DNA of 40,883 bases from a virus: IMG/VR virus record IMGVR_UViG_3300031414_000050, positions 1 through 40,883 of that record; one strand, written 5' to 3'. The notes below the pieces were generated by a model. That model searched no databases. It had not been told where the DNA came from and was given only the letters and a program-made list of their open reading frames with translations. Position numbers and translations under genes: made by a program. Shown here piece by piece: positions 14,434 to 23,970 of the stretch; within the stretch, counting starts at the first letter, position 1, and each line of letters begins with the position of its first letter.

Positions 14434-15015
14434 ATGCTGCGCTGTTTAACGACCAAAGGAACCAGCGGGCGGGGTATTATGGGCACGCCGTACGTGGGCC
14501 TGCTCGCATCCGAGCTGCCGAGCGGTTTTGCGCTGCCCGGTATGCTGGCAAACGACGTGCTGGCCGGAGATCCGGCAGGCTGTCGTTATCGCCAGGAGAT
14601 CACGTCTTGGCCGAGCGCTGGCGCGCTGTCCGTTGGTGAGGATTGCGCGTTTTCGTTTACCGGAGCGCCGGACGGTGTCTACACCGGCACGACGAAGGTC
14701 TACAAGAACGGTGTTCCTGACGTCGGGTCGTACAGCTTCACGATCGGCGCCGCCAGTGCGCAGGTCAACTTAATGGTTGCCTCCTGCTCGCAGGCGAATA
14801 CGAGCAGCACCGCCGCGGTGACGGTTACGGCCGGCGCGAAGACAGTCAACCTGGCGGTCGCCGCGTGCACGCAGACAGCGCAGTCGGGAACTGTGGCCGT
14901 GACCGTTACGGCGGCACCTCCTGACCAGCTCGGCCCGGCCAGCTCTGCCCCGCAGATCAACCTGCTGAGCAGTATTGGCCCCGGAATTATCAACCTGACC
15001 ACTAGCCTTCTATGA
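14434..15015 (+). CDS. Hypothetical Ig-like/repeat protein (193 aa)
   Basis: It contains FSFTGAPDGVYTGTTKVYKNG and an internal AVTVTA...VAVTVTA repeat. The alternative start is at 14479. Confidence 0.6.
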   Translation: MLRCLTTKGTSGRGIMGTPYVGLLASELPSGFALPGMLANDVLAGDPAGCRYRQEITSWPSAGALSVGEDCAFSFTGAPDGVYTGTTKVYKNGVPDVGSYSFTIGAASAQVNLMVASCSQANTSSTAAVTVTAGAKTVNLAVAACTQTAQSGTVAVTVTAAPPDQLGPASSAPQINLLSSIGPGIINLTTSLL

Positions 15016-15317
15016 CAGCCAACGTTGGAGAGTATGGCCACGCCGTGAACGTGTTCGTGGCCTACGACATGAGCTTGCAGAACTCGCTGCAGGCGACGAT
15101 CGAACGCCCGGACAAGTCGCAGATCGTCGGCGCCGCAGTCCTGGGCACCGCGCCGCTCGTCACCGATGGCGGCACGTTCCCCGCAAACCAGTACTGCACC
15201 TACACGGTGAAGGACGGCGATCTGACGGTGCCCGGCGAGTACATCGTCCGCATCACCTACAAGGACGGCACGAAGCGTCTGATCTCCGATCCGACCAGCT
15301 TTACCGTCAGCCCGTAA
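15012..15317 (+). CDS. Hypothetical Ig-like beta-sandwich protein (101 aa)
   Basis: It is coupled to the upstream gene by ATGA. The pattern is YTVKDGDLTVPGEYIVRITYKDG...FTVSP. Confidence 0.65.
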   Translation: MTANVGEYGHAVNVFVAYDMSLQNSLQATIERPDKSQIVGAAVLGTAPLVTDGGTFPANQYCTYTVKDGDLTVPGEYIVRITYKDGTKRLISDPTSFTVSP

Positions 15318-15389
15318 TAGTCTCTGCCCGCCAAGGCACGGCGAGCGTGAGGCGCACACGTAAAAACGCACCCAACACACAAGGCAACC

Positions 15390-15893
15390 ATGAGCGAGAA
15401 GAAACCGAAGCCACCGCGCAAGGGTGCGGCACCGGCTGAGGCCAAGCCGCCCGGTCGCCCCAGTAGCTTTACACAAGAGATTGCGGACGAAATCTGCCAG
15501 CGCCTGGCGAAGGGCGAACCGCTTGCCCAGATCTGCCGTGACGATCGCATGCCTGCTTCGCGCACGGTCAGCGATTGGAAGGCTGCGCACGAGACCTTTT
15601 CCGCCGACTTCGCGCGCGCACGCGAGGAAGGCTTCGACCAGATCGCGACCGACTGCCTGGCCATTGCCGACGAGACCACGTTCGACACGATCACCGGCGA
15701 GAACGGCGACCGCGCGAACACCGAATGGATCAGCCGATCGAAGCTCCGCATCGAGACGCGCCTGAAGCTGCTGGCCAAGTGGGACCCGAAGCGCTACGGC
15801 GACAAGCTGGACTTGAACCACGGCGGCCAGGGTGACAACCCGGTCAACATGAACTGGAACATCAACTTCGTGAAACCGAGCGATGAACGTTGA
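15390..15893 (+). CDS. terS: Terminase small subunit
   Basis: The N-terminal HTH motif is GRPSSFTQEIADEICQRLAKGEPLAQICRDDRMP, and the gene sits immediately upstream of TerL. Confidence 0.85.
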   Translation: MSEKKPKPPRKGAAPAEAKPPGRPSSFTQEIADEICQRLAKGEPLAQICRDDRMPASRTVSDWKAAHETFSADFARAREEGFDQIATDCLAIADETTFDTITGENGDRANTEWISRSKLRIETRLKLLAKWDPKRYGDKLDLNHGGQGDNPVNMNWNINFVKPSDER

Positions 15894-17154
15894 TTTCCCG
15901 GAAAAGCTTCAGTTCCTGCTGACGAAGAAAGCTCGCTACAAGGGCGCCAAGGGTGGCCGGGGCAGCGCGAAGTCTTGGAGCGTGGCGCGCGCCCTGCTGA
16001 TTCTGGGCTCGACCCGGAAGCTGCGCATCCTGTGCACGCGCGAGGTACAGAAGTCGATCAAGCAGTCGGTGCACAAGCTGCTGAAGGACCAGATCGAGGC
16101 GCTGGGCCTGACTGCCTTCTACCGCGTGCTGGAAACCGAGGTGCGCGGCGTCAACGGCACCGAGTTCAGCTTCTCGGGTCTATCCGAACAGACGGTCGAC
16201 TCGATTAAGTCGTTCGAAGGTTGCGACATCGTATGGGTCGAGGAAGCGCAGACAGTCAGTAAGCGGTCCTGGTCGGTGCTAATTCCGACGATCCGCAAGC
16301 CCGGCTCCGAAATCTGGATCACGTTCAACCCTGAGCTGGACACCGACGAGACCTACGACCGGTTCATCACGAACCAGCCGGAAGACGCGATCATCGTCGA
16401 CATGAACTACACGGACAACCCGTGGTTCCCCGACGTGCTGGAAAAGGAGCGGCTGCACGCCAAGGCGACGCTGCCGGCGTCCGAGTACGAAAACATCTGG
16501 GAGGGCAAGTGCAAGCCGGCCGTCTCTGGCGCGATCTACTACGACGAGGTCATCAAGGCGACGAACGAGCGGCGCATCTGCAACGTTCCGTACGACCCGA
16601 TGCTGAAGGTGCACCTGATCTTTGACTTGGGCTGGAACGATGCCATGTCGATCAGCCTGGTCCAGCAGCACAGCAGCGAGGTGCGCATCATCGAGAACAT
16701 CGAGGACAGCCACAAGACGCTCGACTACTACTCGGCCCTGCTGAAGGAGAAGCGTTACAACTGGGGCACGATGTACCTGCCCCACGACGCCCGGCACCGA
16801 AATTTCCAGACCGGCAAGAGCGCCGAGGACGTGATGAAGGCGCTCGGCTGGAACGTGAAGATCACAAAGAACGCCAGCGTCGAGGAAGGCATTCGCCTGA
16901 CTCGTATGGCGTTCCCGCGCTTCTACTTCGACAAAACCAAGGCCGCCCGCCTGGTGCAGTGCGCCAAGCGATACCGCCGCAGCATCAACCAGCAGACCCA
17001 GGAGCCCGGCGCGCCGCTTCACGACGAATGGAGCCACGGCGCCGACAACCTGCGCTACATCGCGATCAACGCCGAGGAGATGAGCAACGAGGATTACGGC
17101 TCGATGCAGCCCCTGGCCCTGGCAACCCCTGACCACGACGGACTTTACTTCTGA
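15883..17154 (+). CDS. terL: Terminase large subunit (PBSX/Terminase_3-like, headful type)
   Basis: It has Walker A GGRGSAKS, the VWVEEA Walker B/coupling motif and the C-terminal nuclease motif HGADNLRY. Confidence 0.93.
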   Translation: MNVDFPEKLQFLLTKKARYKGAKGGRGSAKSWSVARALLILGSTRKLRILCTREVQKSIKQSVHKLLKDQIEALGLTAFYRVLETEVRGVNGTEFSFSGLSEQTVDSIKSFEGCDIVWVEEAQTVSKRSWSVLIPTIRKPGSEIWITFNPELDTDETYDRFITNQPEDAIIVDMNYTDNPWFPDVLEKERLHAKATLPASEYENIWEGKCKPAVSGAIYYDEVIKATNERRICNVPYDPMLKVHLIFDLGWNDAMSISLVQQHSSEVRIIENIEDSHKTLDYYSALLKEKRYNWGTMYLPHDARHRNFQTGKSAEDVMKALGWNVKITKNASVEEGIRLTRMAFPRFYFDKTKAARLVQCAKRYRRSINQQTQEPGAPLHDEWSHGADNLRYIAINAEEMSNEDYGSMQPLALATPDHDGLYF

Positions 17155-19262
17155 TGACCGAACCACTCCAACAACACACCGCGCTGGCCGACCTGCTGCA
17201 CACCCGCCTGACCGGCTGGGAGCAGGCCCGCAAGCCGCAAGAGCTCAAAATGCTGGAGTGCTACCAGGACGTCATGCGCATCCCGCGCGGCGACGACACC
17301 AGCGGCACCGGCGCGGCGCGGGCGAAGAAGGCCGCCAGCCTGTTCATCGGCTCGACCCGCAACAAGGTCCGCGCTGCCCGCGCCAAGATCAACGACGCGC
17401 TGTTCGGTTCCGGCAAGCTGCCGTTCGACACCAGCCCGACGAACGAGCAGCTGGCACCCTTTGCCGACGCAGTCGAGGACATCTTGACCGAGCAGTTCGA
17501 GCGCATGGGGCTCAAGGGCCTGCTGAAGACCGGCGTCAACACACTGGCCACCTACGGGACCGGCTTCATGTTCGGCCCGTTCGTGCGCACCGAAACGCTG
17601 GTCGAGACCCGCGCCGACAACGCGCTCGGCGTGACGCAGCTGGTGGAAGACAAGTACGAGTTCGATTTTCCCTACTTCGACCTGGCCAACAGCCTGGACG
17701 TGGTTCCCGACCCGGAGGCGCGCGACCTCGGCGCCGGCCTGGGCGTGTTCTGGGCCACCATGGAATCGCCGCACACAGTCGCGGCATGGAAGCAGGACAA
17801 GCGGTACACGAACATCGACCTGGCCCTGCAGGCGCCCGGCGACAACACCGCAACCGGCGGCAGCGACCAAGCCGGCCAGCTGCGCGCGAACATCGACTAC
17901 TGGCACAAGAACGACCGGATCCGCGTCGCGCGCTTCTTCGGCAAGGTGCCCAAGTCGATGATCGCCGCGGCCGCACCTGAGGACGATGCCACCCCGGTCC
18001 CGAACAGCGCCGAGATGGTCGATGCGATCGTGATCATGGCCGGCGGCGTCGTGGTAAAGGTGGACGAATCGCCCTATGGCGGCAAGCTCCCTGCCCTGCG
18101 CGCCGTCTACGAGGCCGTCGAGCATGAAATGTGGGGCGTCGGCGTGGCCGAGAACAACGCGCCGCACCAGAAGGTGGTGAACGCTTCGTTCCGCCTGGTC
18201 ATGGAAGGCAAAGGCATGGCCCTGCTGGGCACGGCCAGCGTGGACCGATCCAAGTTCATGCCGACCGAGGATTTCCGCAAGTACCCCGGCAAGATCTACC
18301 AGCTCAAGCCGAGCCTGTCGCCGGAAGAGCGACAGACCGCGATCATGCACCACGTCGAGCCGGACGTTACCGACGGCTGGCGCGACATGATCGCCATGTC
18401 CGAGCAGTTCAGCGACGACGACACCGGCATCACGAAGTACACCCAGGGCGACGACAGCAGCCACCTGAACAAGACGGCAACCGGCATCAGCATGATCATG
18501 TCGGCCTCGTCCTTGCCGATCAAGGAGGTGATCCAGAACATCGATGAGATGTGGATCGAGGAAATCGTCGAGCGCACTCTGGCATGGAACCTCAAGTACC
18601 TGGATGTCGAGACGGTGCGTCGCATCCACGGCGACGAGATCGCCCAGGCCTGGCAGCAGATCAAGCAGTTCGGCAAGACCTCGTTCATGGAGTGGAAGGC
18701 CACCGGTACCGCGTCCTTCATGCAGAAGGAGATCCTGACGAACAAGATCCGCGCCTTCGCCGACTTCGCCCTGTCGAACCAGGCCACGGCGCCACTGATC
18801 GATGCCCGCGAGTTGCTCGAGCAAACCTGGGACGTGATGGAGATCGGCCGCGAAAGCCCGATCCTGAAGGACGAGGACGGCCAGAACCTGCCGCCGCAGG
18901 TCCAGCAAAAGATGCAGGCCATGGAAGAGCAGATCAAGGCCATGGGCGAGGCGCTGAACAACGCGCACGCCGAGGTGAAGGATCACGAAGCGGCCGCTGG
19001 CAACAAAGATGCTGAGCTGCAGATCAAAGCCTTCGACGCCGACACGAAGCGCATGCAGGCGCTGGGCCCGGCCATGACGCCCGAGCAGGTGGCAGCGATC
19101 GTCCAGCAGACCATGATGGCGATCCTGTCGCAGCCGGCGCCGATGCAGCCTGAGACAGAACCGGTCATGGCGATCCCAGACCAGCCAGCGTTCGACCCGC
19201 AACCCGAGCCGGCCATGCCGACCGATGACCAGATGATCGGATTACCCGATGCGCAGCCCTGA
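17154..19262 (+). CDS. Portal protein (702 aa)
   Basis: Its size, its position directly after TerL and its acidic C-terminal tail support the call. Confidence 0.85.
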   Translation: MTEPLQQHTALADLLHTRLTGWEQARKPQELKMLECYQDVMRIPRGDDTSGTGAARAKKAASLFIGSTRNKVRAARAKINDALFGSGKLPFDTSPTNEQLAPFADAVEDILTEQFERMGLKGLLKTGVNTLATYGTGFMFGPFVRTETLVETRADNALGVTQLVEDKYEFDFPYFDLANSLDVVPDPEARDLGAGLGVFWATMESPHTVAAWKQDKRYTNIDLALQAPGDNTATGGSDQAGQLRANIDYWHKNDRIRVARFFGKVPKSMIAAAAPEDDATPVPNSAEMVDAIVIMAGGVVVKVDESPYGGKLPALRAVYEAVEHEMWGVGVAENNAPHQKVVNASFRLVMEGKGMALLGTASVDRSKFMPTEDFRKYPGKIYQLKPSLSPEERQTAIMHHVEPDVTDGWRDMIAMSEQFSDDDTGITKYTQGDDSSHLNKTATGISMIMSASSLPIKEVIQNIDEMWIEEIVERTLAWNLKYLDVETVRRIHGDEIAQAWQQIKQFGKTSFMEWKATGTASFMQKEILTNKIRAFADFALSNQATAPLIDARELLEQTWDVMEIGRESPILKDEDGQNLPPQVQQKMQAMEEQIKAMGEALNNAHAEVKDHEAAAGNKDAELQIKAFDADTKRMQALGPAMTPEQVAAIVQQTMMAILSQPAPMQPETEPVMAIPDQPAFDPQPEPAMPTDDQMIGLPDAQP

Positions 19263-19434
19263 CGTTCAAACCGACATCGCAGCCTGCCTAGCGCGCATCA
19301 GCGTGCTGGAGGGTAAGCGTCGTGCCGCGCTGCAGCTGGACTGTGGCAGTGCGATTGACCGTGCGAAGGTCGGTCGCATCGTGCGCCGGCAGCAGGCAGT
19401 CGCCATGGTGCTCGCCCGACGAGGCGCCTTATGA
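19249..19434 (+). CDS. Hypothetical protein (61 aa)
   Basis: It overlaps the portal end and is ATGA-coupled to the next gene. Confidence 0.45.
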   Translation: MRSPDVQTDIAACLARISVLEGKRRAALQLDCGSAIDRAKVGRIVRRQQAVAMVLARRGAL

Positions 19435-19673
19435 CACGACTCGAAGAAATCGAAGCGACGCTGCAGGCCATCCGACCCGGGTGGCCTTTTTTTATGGCCG
19501 AGGTCAACGCACAGATCGAGCAGCTGACCGGCAGCTTGATCGCCCAGAACAACGAGGAAACGCGCGGCCGCATCAAAGCCCTGCTCGACCTCCAGACTTT
19601 GCCCGAGCAGCTCGAAGCTGAGCGCACGAGCATTCTCGCCGCCGAACTACCCGACCCGGACTCGGCACTTTGA
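19431..19673 (+). CDS. Hypothetical helical protein (80 aa)
   Basis: It is a clean ORF in the head module. Confidence 0.6.
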   Translation: MTRLEEIEATLQAIRPGWPFFMAEVNAQIEQLTGSLIAQNNEETRGRIKALLDLQTLPEQLEAERTSILAAELPDPDSAL

Positions 19674-19713
19674 CAACGTGGATTAGCGCGAAAGCGCCCC
19701 ATACGGAGCATTC

Positions 19714-20547
19714 ATGCCACACGACTACACCGAAGAGGAACAGCGTCAATACGACGAAGCAGCAGCAGCGCTCGAAGCGGCGGCCAACCAGGCCACTACC
19801 GCGCGCGACGCCGGCGGCCGCTTCGCACCAGCCCCGGCCCCCGCACCTGCCGAGCCCGCAGCAGCACCCGCCGCCGAGCCGACCCCGGCCGATCCGCCGG
19901 CAGCCGGCGACAAGCCAGCCGACCCGCCCGCGGAGCCGGCCAAGCCTGTCGACGAACTGGCGGAACTGAAGGCCCGGCTCGAAAAAGCCGAGAAAGTCGC
20001 CCGCGACAACCAGGCCGCCTTCACCAAAGCAGCGCAGGAAGCCGCAGCGCTGCGCCGGCAGCAGGAGCAGCGTGACCGCGAAGCGAACAAGCCAGCCATT
20101 CTCGAGGCAAATCCCGAGTTGGCCGAGGCAATCCGCTACGTGGCGACCGACCCAGCGCCGCAACACCAGGCCGCCGAGCGTGCCGCAGCCTTCCAGTCGA
20201 CTATCGAAAAGGCCCATCCAGACGCCTTCTCGACCGACATGCCGGAAGAACTGCAGCAGGCGATCGCGGCGGCATGGCAAGGCCTGGGCAACGACGCGCA
20301 GGACCCTCTGAATGTGGTTCGTGTGATCACGCAGGAAAAACTGGCGTTTCACGAGCGCCAAGTCGGGAAGCGCTTCGCCGCTGAAGCCGCCCGGCAGCAG
20401 GAAAAATCCGCGATGAGCGTCCCCGGCGCGGGCAAATCTTCCGTGGCAGTCGCCCCGGTCGATGCCCAGTTGGCGGAGGTGAAGCGCATCCAAAACATGA
20501 GCGACGCAGACTTCGCCGCAGAAGTCCGCCGCGTCAAAGGCTATTAA
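19714..20547 (+). CDS. Scaffolding protein
   Basis: It is Ala/Pro/Glu-rich and helical, and it lies between the portal and capsid genes. Confidence 0.72.
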   Translation: MPHDYTEEEQRQYDEAAAALEAAANQATTARDAGGRFAPAPAPAPAEPAAAPAAEPTPADPPAAGDKPADPPAEPAKPVDELAELKARLEKAEKVARDNQAAFTKAAQEAAALRRQQEQRDREANKPAILEANPELAEAIRYVATDPAPQHQAAERAAAFQSTIEKAHPDAFSTDMPEELQQAIAAAWQGLGNDAQDPLNVVRVITQEKLAFHERQVGKRFAAEAARQQEKSAMSVPGAGKSSVAVAPVDAQLAEVKRIQNMSDADFAAEVRRVKGY

Positions 20548-20560
20548 ATAGGAGTTTCAC

Positions 20561-21547
20561 ATGGCTACTACCACCACTACCCAAGTCGCACCGGGAAATC
20601 AGGCGTTCTATGACCGCAACCTGCTGACCCGCGCTGTTCCCGCCGACGTCCACGGCCGCTTCGGTCAGAAACGCCCGATCGCCAAGAAGAACGGCAACCA
20701 GATCAAGTTCCGCCGTTACTCGGCCCTGGCTCCGGCGCTGACCCCACTGACCGAAGGCGTGACGCCGTCGGGTTCGAGCCTGGCGGTGACCGACATCGTC
20801 GCAACCCTGGCCCAGTACGGCGATTACGTCGTCCTGTCCGACGTGGTCGACATGGTCAACCAAGACCCGGTGATCACCGAAGCGACCGAAGTTCTGGGCG
20901 ACCAGGCCGGCATTACCATCGACCAAGTGCGCCGCGACGTGCTGGTCGCCGGCACCAACGTGGCCTACGCCGGCGGCGTCGCTTCCCGCGCGGCCCTGAT
21001 CAACAAGATCACCGGCGCAGACCTGGACAAGGCGATCCGCTTCCTGAAGAACCAGAACGCCAAGTTCATCAAGGACGGCATCGCAGGTTCGGACAAGGTC
21101 GGCTCGGGCGCCGTGCGTAAGTCGTACATCGCCCTGGTGCACCCGGACGTCGAATTCGACCTCGAGCAGATCACCGGCTACCGCGCGGTCTCGGACTACG
21201 GTTCGCAGGAATCGGTGATGGAAGACGAAATCGGTTCCTACAAGAACATCCGCTTCGTCTCCTCGACGAACTGCAAGGTGTTCGCTGACGCCACCACCGT
21301 GCAGACTGCCGGCTTCAAGGGCACCGCGAAGAACGACGTCTATGCAACCCTGATCCTGGCCGACAACGCCTACGGCATCTGCCCGCTGGCCGGCGCCGCC
21401 ATGGAAACCATCGTCAAGGCGCTGGGCTCGGGCGGCACCACCGACGCGCTGAACCAGCGTTCTTCGGTCGGCTGGAAGGCCATGACCACCACCAAGATCC
21501 TCAACGAGGCCTGGATGGTGCGTCTGGAGACCCTGGCCACCGCGTAA
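20561..21547 (+). CDS. Major capsid protein (N4-gp56-type, HK97 fold)
   Basis: The protein is 328 aa. The N-terminus QAFYDRNLLTRA...FGQKRPIAKKNGNQIKFRRY...L.EGVTP is characteristic of this family. A terminator follows. Confidence 0.9.
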   Translation: MATTTTTQVAPGNQAFYDRNLLTRAVPADVHGRFGQKRPIAKKNGNQIKFRRYSALAPALTPLTEGVTPSGSSLAVTDIVATLAQYGDYVVLSDVVDMVNQDPVITEATEVLGDQAGITIDQVRRDVLVAGTNVAYAGGVASRAALINKITGADLDKAIRFLKNQNAKFIKDGIAGSDKVGSGAVRKSYIALVHPDVEFDLEQITGYRAVSDYGSQESVMEDEIGSYKNIRFVSSTNCKVFADATTVQTAGFKGTAKNDVYATLILADNAYGICPLAGAAMETIVKALGSGGTTDALNQRSSVGWKAMTTTKILNEAWMVRLETLATA

Positions 21548-21583
21548 CGAACCGGGCGCGCCAGCGCCTCCCCGCAGTCCTGA

Positions 21584-21609
21584 AGGCCCGGCGAATCCGG
21601 GCCTTTTTC
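21584..21609 (+). terminator. Intrinsic terminator after the capsid gene
   Basis: AGGCCCGG-CGAAT-CCGGGCCT is followed by TTTTT. Confidence 0.75.
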
Positions 21610-21628
21610 ATTTCCTTCGGAGAAAACC

Positions 21629-21892
21629 ATGGCAGCAGCCAAAGAAGCCGCAGCACCCAAGAAATACAAGGTCACCATCCACAGCGAGCCGGAAGGCGGC
21701 GACAAGGGCGACGTCATCATCGGCCACAATTTCCGCCTGGTTCAGATCAAGCGCAACGTGCCGGTCGAAATCGACGAGCACATCCTGGATGTGCTGAAAT
21801 CGTCCGTCATCGACACCCACGTCAAGGGCGAAGATGACAAGATGCACCCGGTGCAGATCCCGCGCTACTCGTTCACGTCCGAGGCGGTGTAA
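21629..21892 (+). CDS. Hypothetical head-module protein (87 aa)
   Basis: It has RBS GGAGA and is a clean ORF. Confidence 0.65.
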   Translation: MAAAKEAAAPKKYKVTIHSEPEGGDKGDVIIGHNFRLVQIKRNVPVEIDEHILDVLKSSVIDTHVKGEDDKMHPVQIPRYSFTSEAV

Positions 21893-22537
21893 ATGTCGAC
21901 CGCCTGGACCCTCGCCGCTGCCGACGTCTGCACCGACGCACTCCAGCACCTGGGCGTCATTGGCGCCGGCGAGGTGCCCAGCGGTGACGACATGCAGGTA
22001 GCCCTGCGCGCGCTCGACGCGGTGCTCAAGGAGCTGCCGCTGGCGGGCTATGCCTGGCCGGCGCTTTCGGGCATAGCCGCGGTGCCCTGGGCCGCTGGCC
22101 AGGCCACGACGCTGCCAGCCGACTATTTCGGTTCCCCTGTCGTTTCGCGCTCGGTCGACGGCAAGAAGGTGCCGCTGAACCAGATCCCGCACGCCCGTTG
22201 GGTGCAGATGATCGACCGCGGCGCCACCGGCACGCCGACGTACTTCTACATCGGCCCCGACCATGTACTGAACCTGTGGCCGGTGCCGGATAGCGATCCA
22301 GCCGTGACGCTGCAGTACCAGCGCATCGTGAGCGATGCCGACAGCACCGTGGCGCCGGATGTTCCGCAGTTCTGGCTGAACGCGCTCGGCTATGGCGTCG
22401 CCAATGAGCTGCTGCTGAAGTTCGACACCCCGGACGCCAGGGCGCAGGTCATCGCCAGCCGCTGGCAGGCCAAACGCGCGGCCGCGCTCGAGCATTCGAT
22501 CGAGTCGGCACCGATCAGCTTCGAAGTGAGAGATTGA
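21893..22537 (+). CDS. Head-to-tail adaptor (P22 gp4-like)
   Basis: The N-terminal pattern is D.ALQHLGV...DMQVALRALDAVLKE. It lies directly upstream of the gp10-like gene. Confidence 0.6.
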   Translation: MSTAWTLAAADVCTDALQHLGVIGAGEVPSGDDMQVALRALDAVLKELPLAGYAWPALSGIAAVPWAAGQATTLPADYFGSPVVSRSVDGKKVPLNQIPHARWVQMIDRGATGTPTYFYIGPDHVLNLWPVPDSDPAVTLQYQRIVSDADSTVAPDVPQFWLNALGYGVANELLLKFDTPDARAQVIASRWQAKRAAALEHSIESAPISFEVRD

Positions 22538-23970
22538 TGCGCACGAAACTACCCTTCGTCGGCCCGTCCTACCAGGCGCGCTCGCTGAACGCCGACGCCC
22601 AGCGCACGCTGAACTGCTACGTCGAGCTGGACAATGCCAGCCCGCGCGCGCCGGCCGCGCTGTACGGCACGCCGGGCACGGTGCGCAAGCTGACCTTCCC
22701 GACCGGGCCGGTGCGCGGCGGCATCCCGGCAGGCGCGTACACCTGGTGGGTGGCCGGCAACGTCGTCTACCGCGTCGACAGCGCTTACCAGCACCTGGCC
22801 CTGGGCCAGATCAGCACCTACGGCGGCGCGGTGGACATGGCGTCGAACGGCGGCCAGATCCTGCTGGTGGACGGCGAGGAAGGCTGGATCATCGACGTGG
22901 CGAACTCCAAGCTGGCGGTCATCACCGACGACGCCTTCCCCCGCGGCGTGACGCGCGCAGCGTACCAGGACGGCTGGTTCCTGGTCACCGGGGACGGTAC
23001 CGGAAAGTTCTACATGAACGAGGTACCGAACGACGGCAGGAAGTGGAACGGCCTGGACTTCGCTTCGGCCGAGGGCTCGCCGGACAACACCGTCGGCATC
23101 ATCAGCGACCACCGCGAACTCTGGCTGTTCGGCGAGCAGACCGCCGAGGTGTGGGCGAACACCGGCAACGCCGATTTCCCCTTCCAGCGCAGCGGCAATG
23201 TGTTCATCGAGCACGGATGCGCCGCGGCCGGTACGGTGGCGAAAGCCGACAACACCGTGTTCTGGCTGGGCGCCGACGACAAGGGCGCCGGCATCGTATG
23301 GCGCGCGGACGGTTACACGCCGCTTCGGATCTCGACGCACGCGATCGAGTCCGCAATCGGCAGCTACCCGCGCATCGACGACGCCTTTGCGTTCACCTAC
23401 CAGCAGGAAGGCCACATTTTCTATGTGCTGACCTTCCCCGCCGCCCGCGCGACCTGGTGCTACGACGCGGCTACCCAGCTCTGGCACGAGCGCGCCTGGC
23501 GCAACCCGAACACCGGCCAGTTGACCCGCTGGCGCCCGAGCTGCCACGTGTACGCGAACGGCGAGCACCTGGTCGGCGACTTCGAACTGGGCGTCGTCTG
23601 CGCGCTGGACCTGGACGCGAACACCGACGACGGCGCGCCGATCCTGCGCCTGCGCCGCACCACGACCAGCGAAGCGCTGCAGCAGCGGATGTTCTACAGC
23701 GGCCTGCAGATCGACATGGAAACTGGCGTTGGCGTCGACGACGGCCAGGGCGCCGCGCCGCTGCTGATGCTGCGCTACTCGAACGACGGCGGTCACACCT
23801 GGAGCCCGGAGCGCACGTCCACGGTCGGCGCCGCCGGCCAGTATGGTGCCCGGGCGAAGTTCAACCGGCTGGGCTCCGGCCGCAACCGCGTGTGGGAGAT
23901 CACCATGACGGATCCGGTCAAGTTCGCGGTGCTGGGCGCGGTGGTCGACGGCGAACCGGGGGCGTCATGA
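22537..23970 (+). CDS. Tail hub / packaged-DNA stabilisation protein (P22 gp10-like)
   Basis: The protein is 477 aa, against 472 aa for P22 gp10. It has a beta-propeller-like repeat texture, and its C-terminus (SNDGGHTW...NRLGSGRNRVWEI) parallels the gp10 end. The ATG at 22537 overlaps the upstream TGA. Confidence 0.7.
   Translation: MRTKLPFVGPSYQARSLNADAQRTLNCYVELDNASPRAPAALYGTPGTVRKLTFPTGPVRGGIPAGAYTWWVAGNVVYRVDSAYQHLALGQISTYGGAVDMASNGGQILLVDGEEGWIIDVANSKLAVITDDAFPRGVTRAAYQDGWFLVTGDGTGKFYMNEVPNDGRKWNGLDFASAEGSPDNTVGIISDHRELWLFGEQTAEVWANTGNADFPFQRSGNVFIEHGCAAAGTVAKADNTVFWLGADDKGAGIVWRADGYTPLRISTHAIESAIGSYPRIDDAFAFTYQQEGHIFYVLTFPAARATWCYDAATQLWHERAWRNPNTGQLTRWRPSCHVYANGEHLVGDFELGVVCALDLDANTDDGAPILRLRRTTTSEALQQRMFYSGLQIDMETGVGVDDGQGAAPLLMLRYSNDGGHTWSPERTSTVGAAGQYGARAKFNRLGSGRNRVWEITMTDPVKFAVLGAVVDGEPGAS

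Noticed and set aside
12751-15821. Minus-strand ORFs of 514 aa (12751-14295) and 373 aa (14700-15821)
   Set aside because: They are antisense to well-supported late genes. Their composition is Arg/Ala/Gly-dominated, and no motifs or coupling signals are seen.
17145-19202. 685-aa minus-strand ORF antisense to the portal gene
   Set aside because: It is an Arg/Gly/His/Leu-rich low-complexity translation. It lies opposite a clean portal ORF, has no RBS, and is a typical shadow ORF of GC-rich DNA.
22549-23796. 415-aa minus-strand ORF, and the 582-aa plus ORF 22746-24494
   Set aside because: Both are alternative frames of the gp10-like gene. Only the distal 23967-24494 part of the plus ORF has a start coupled to the upstream stop and a protein-like sequence.
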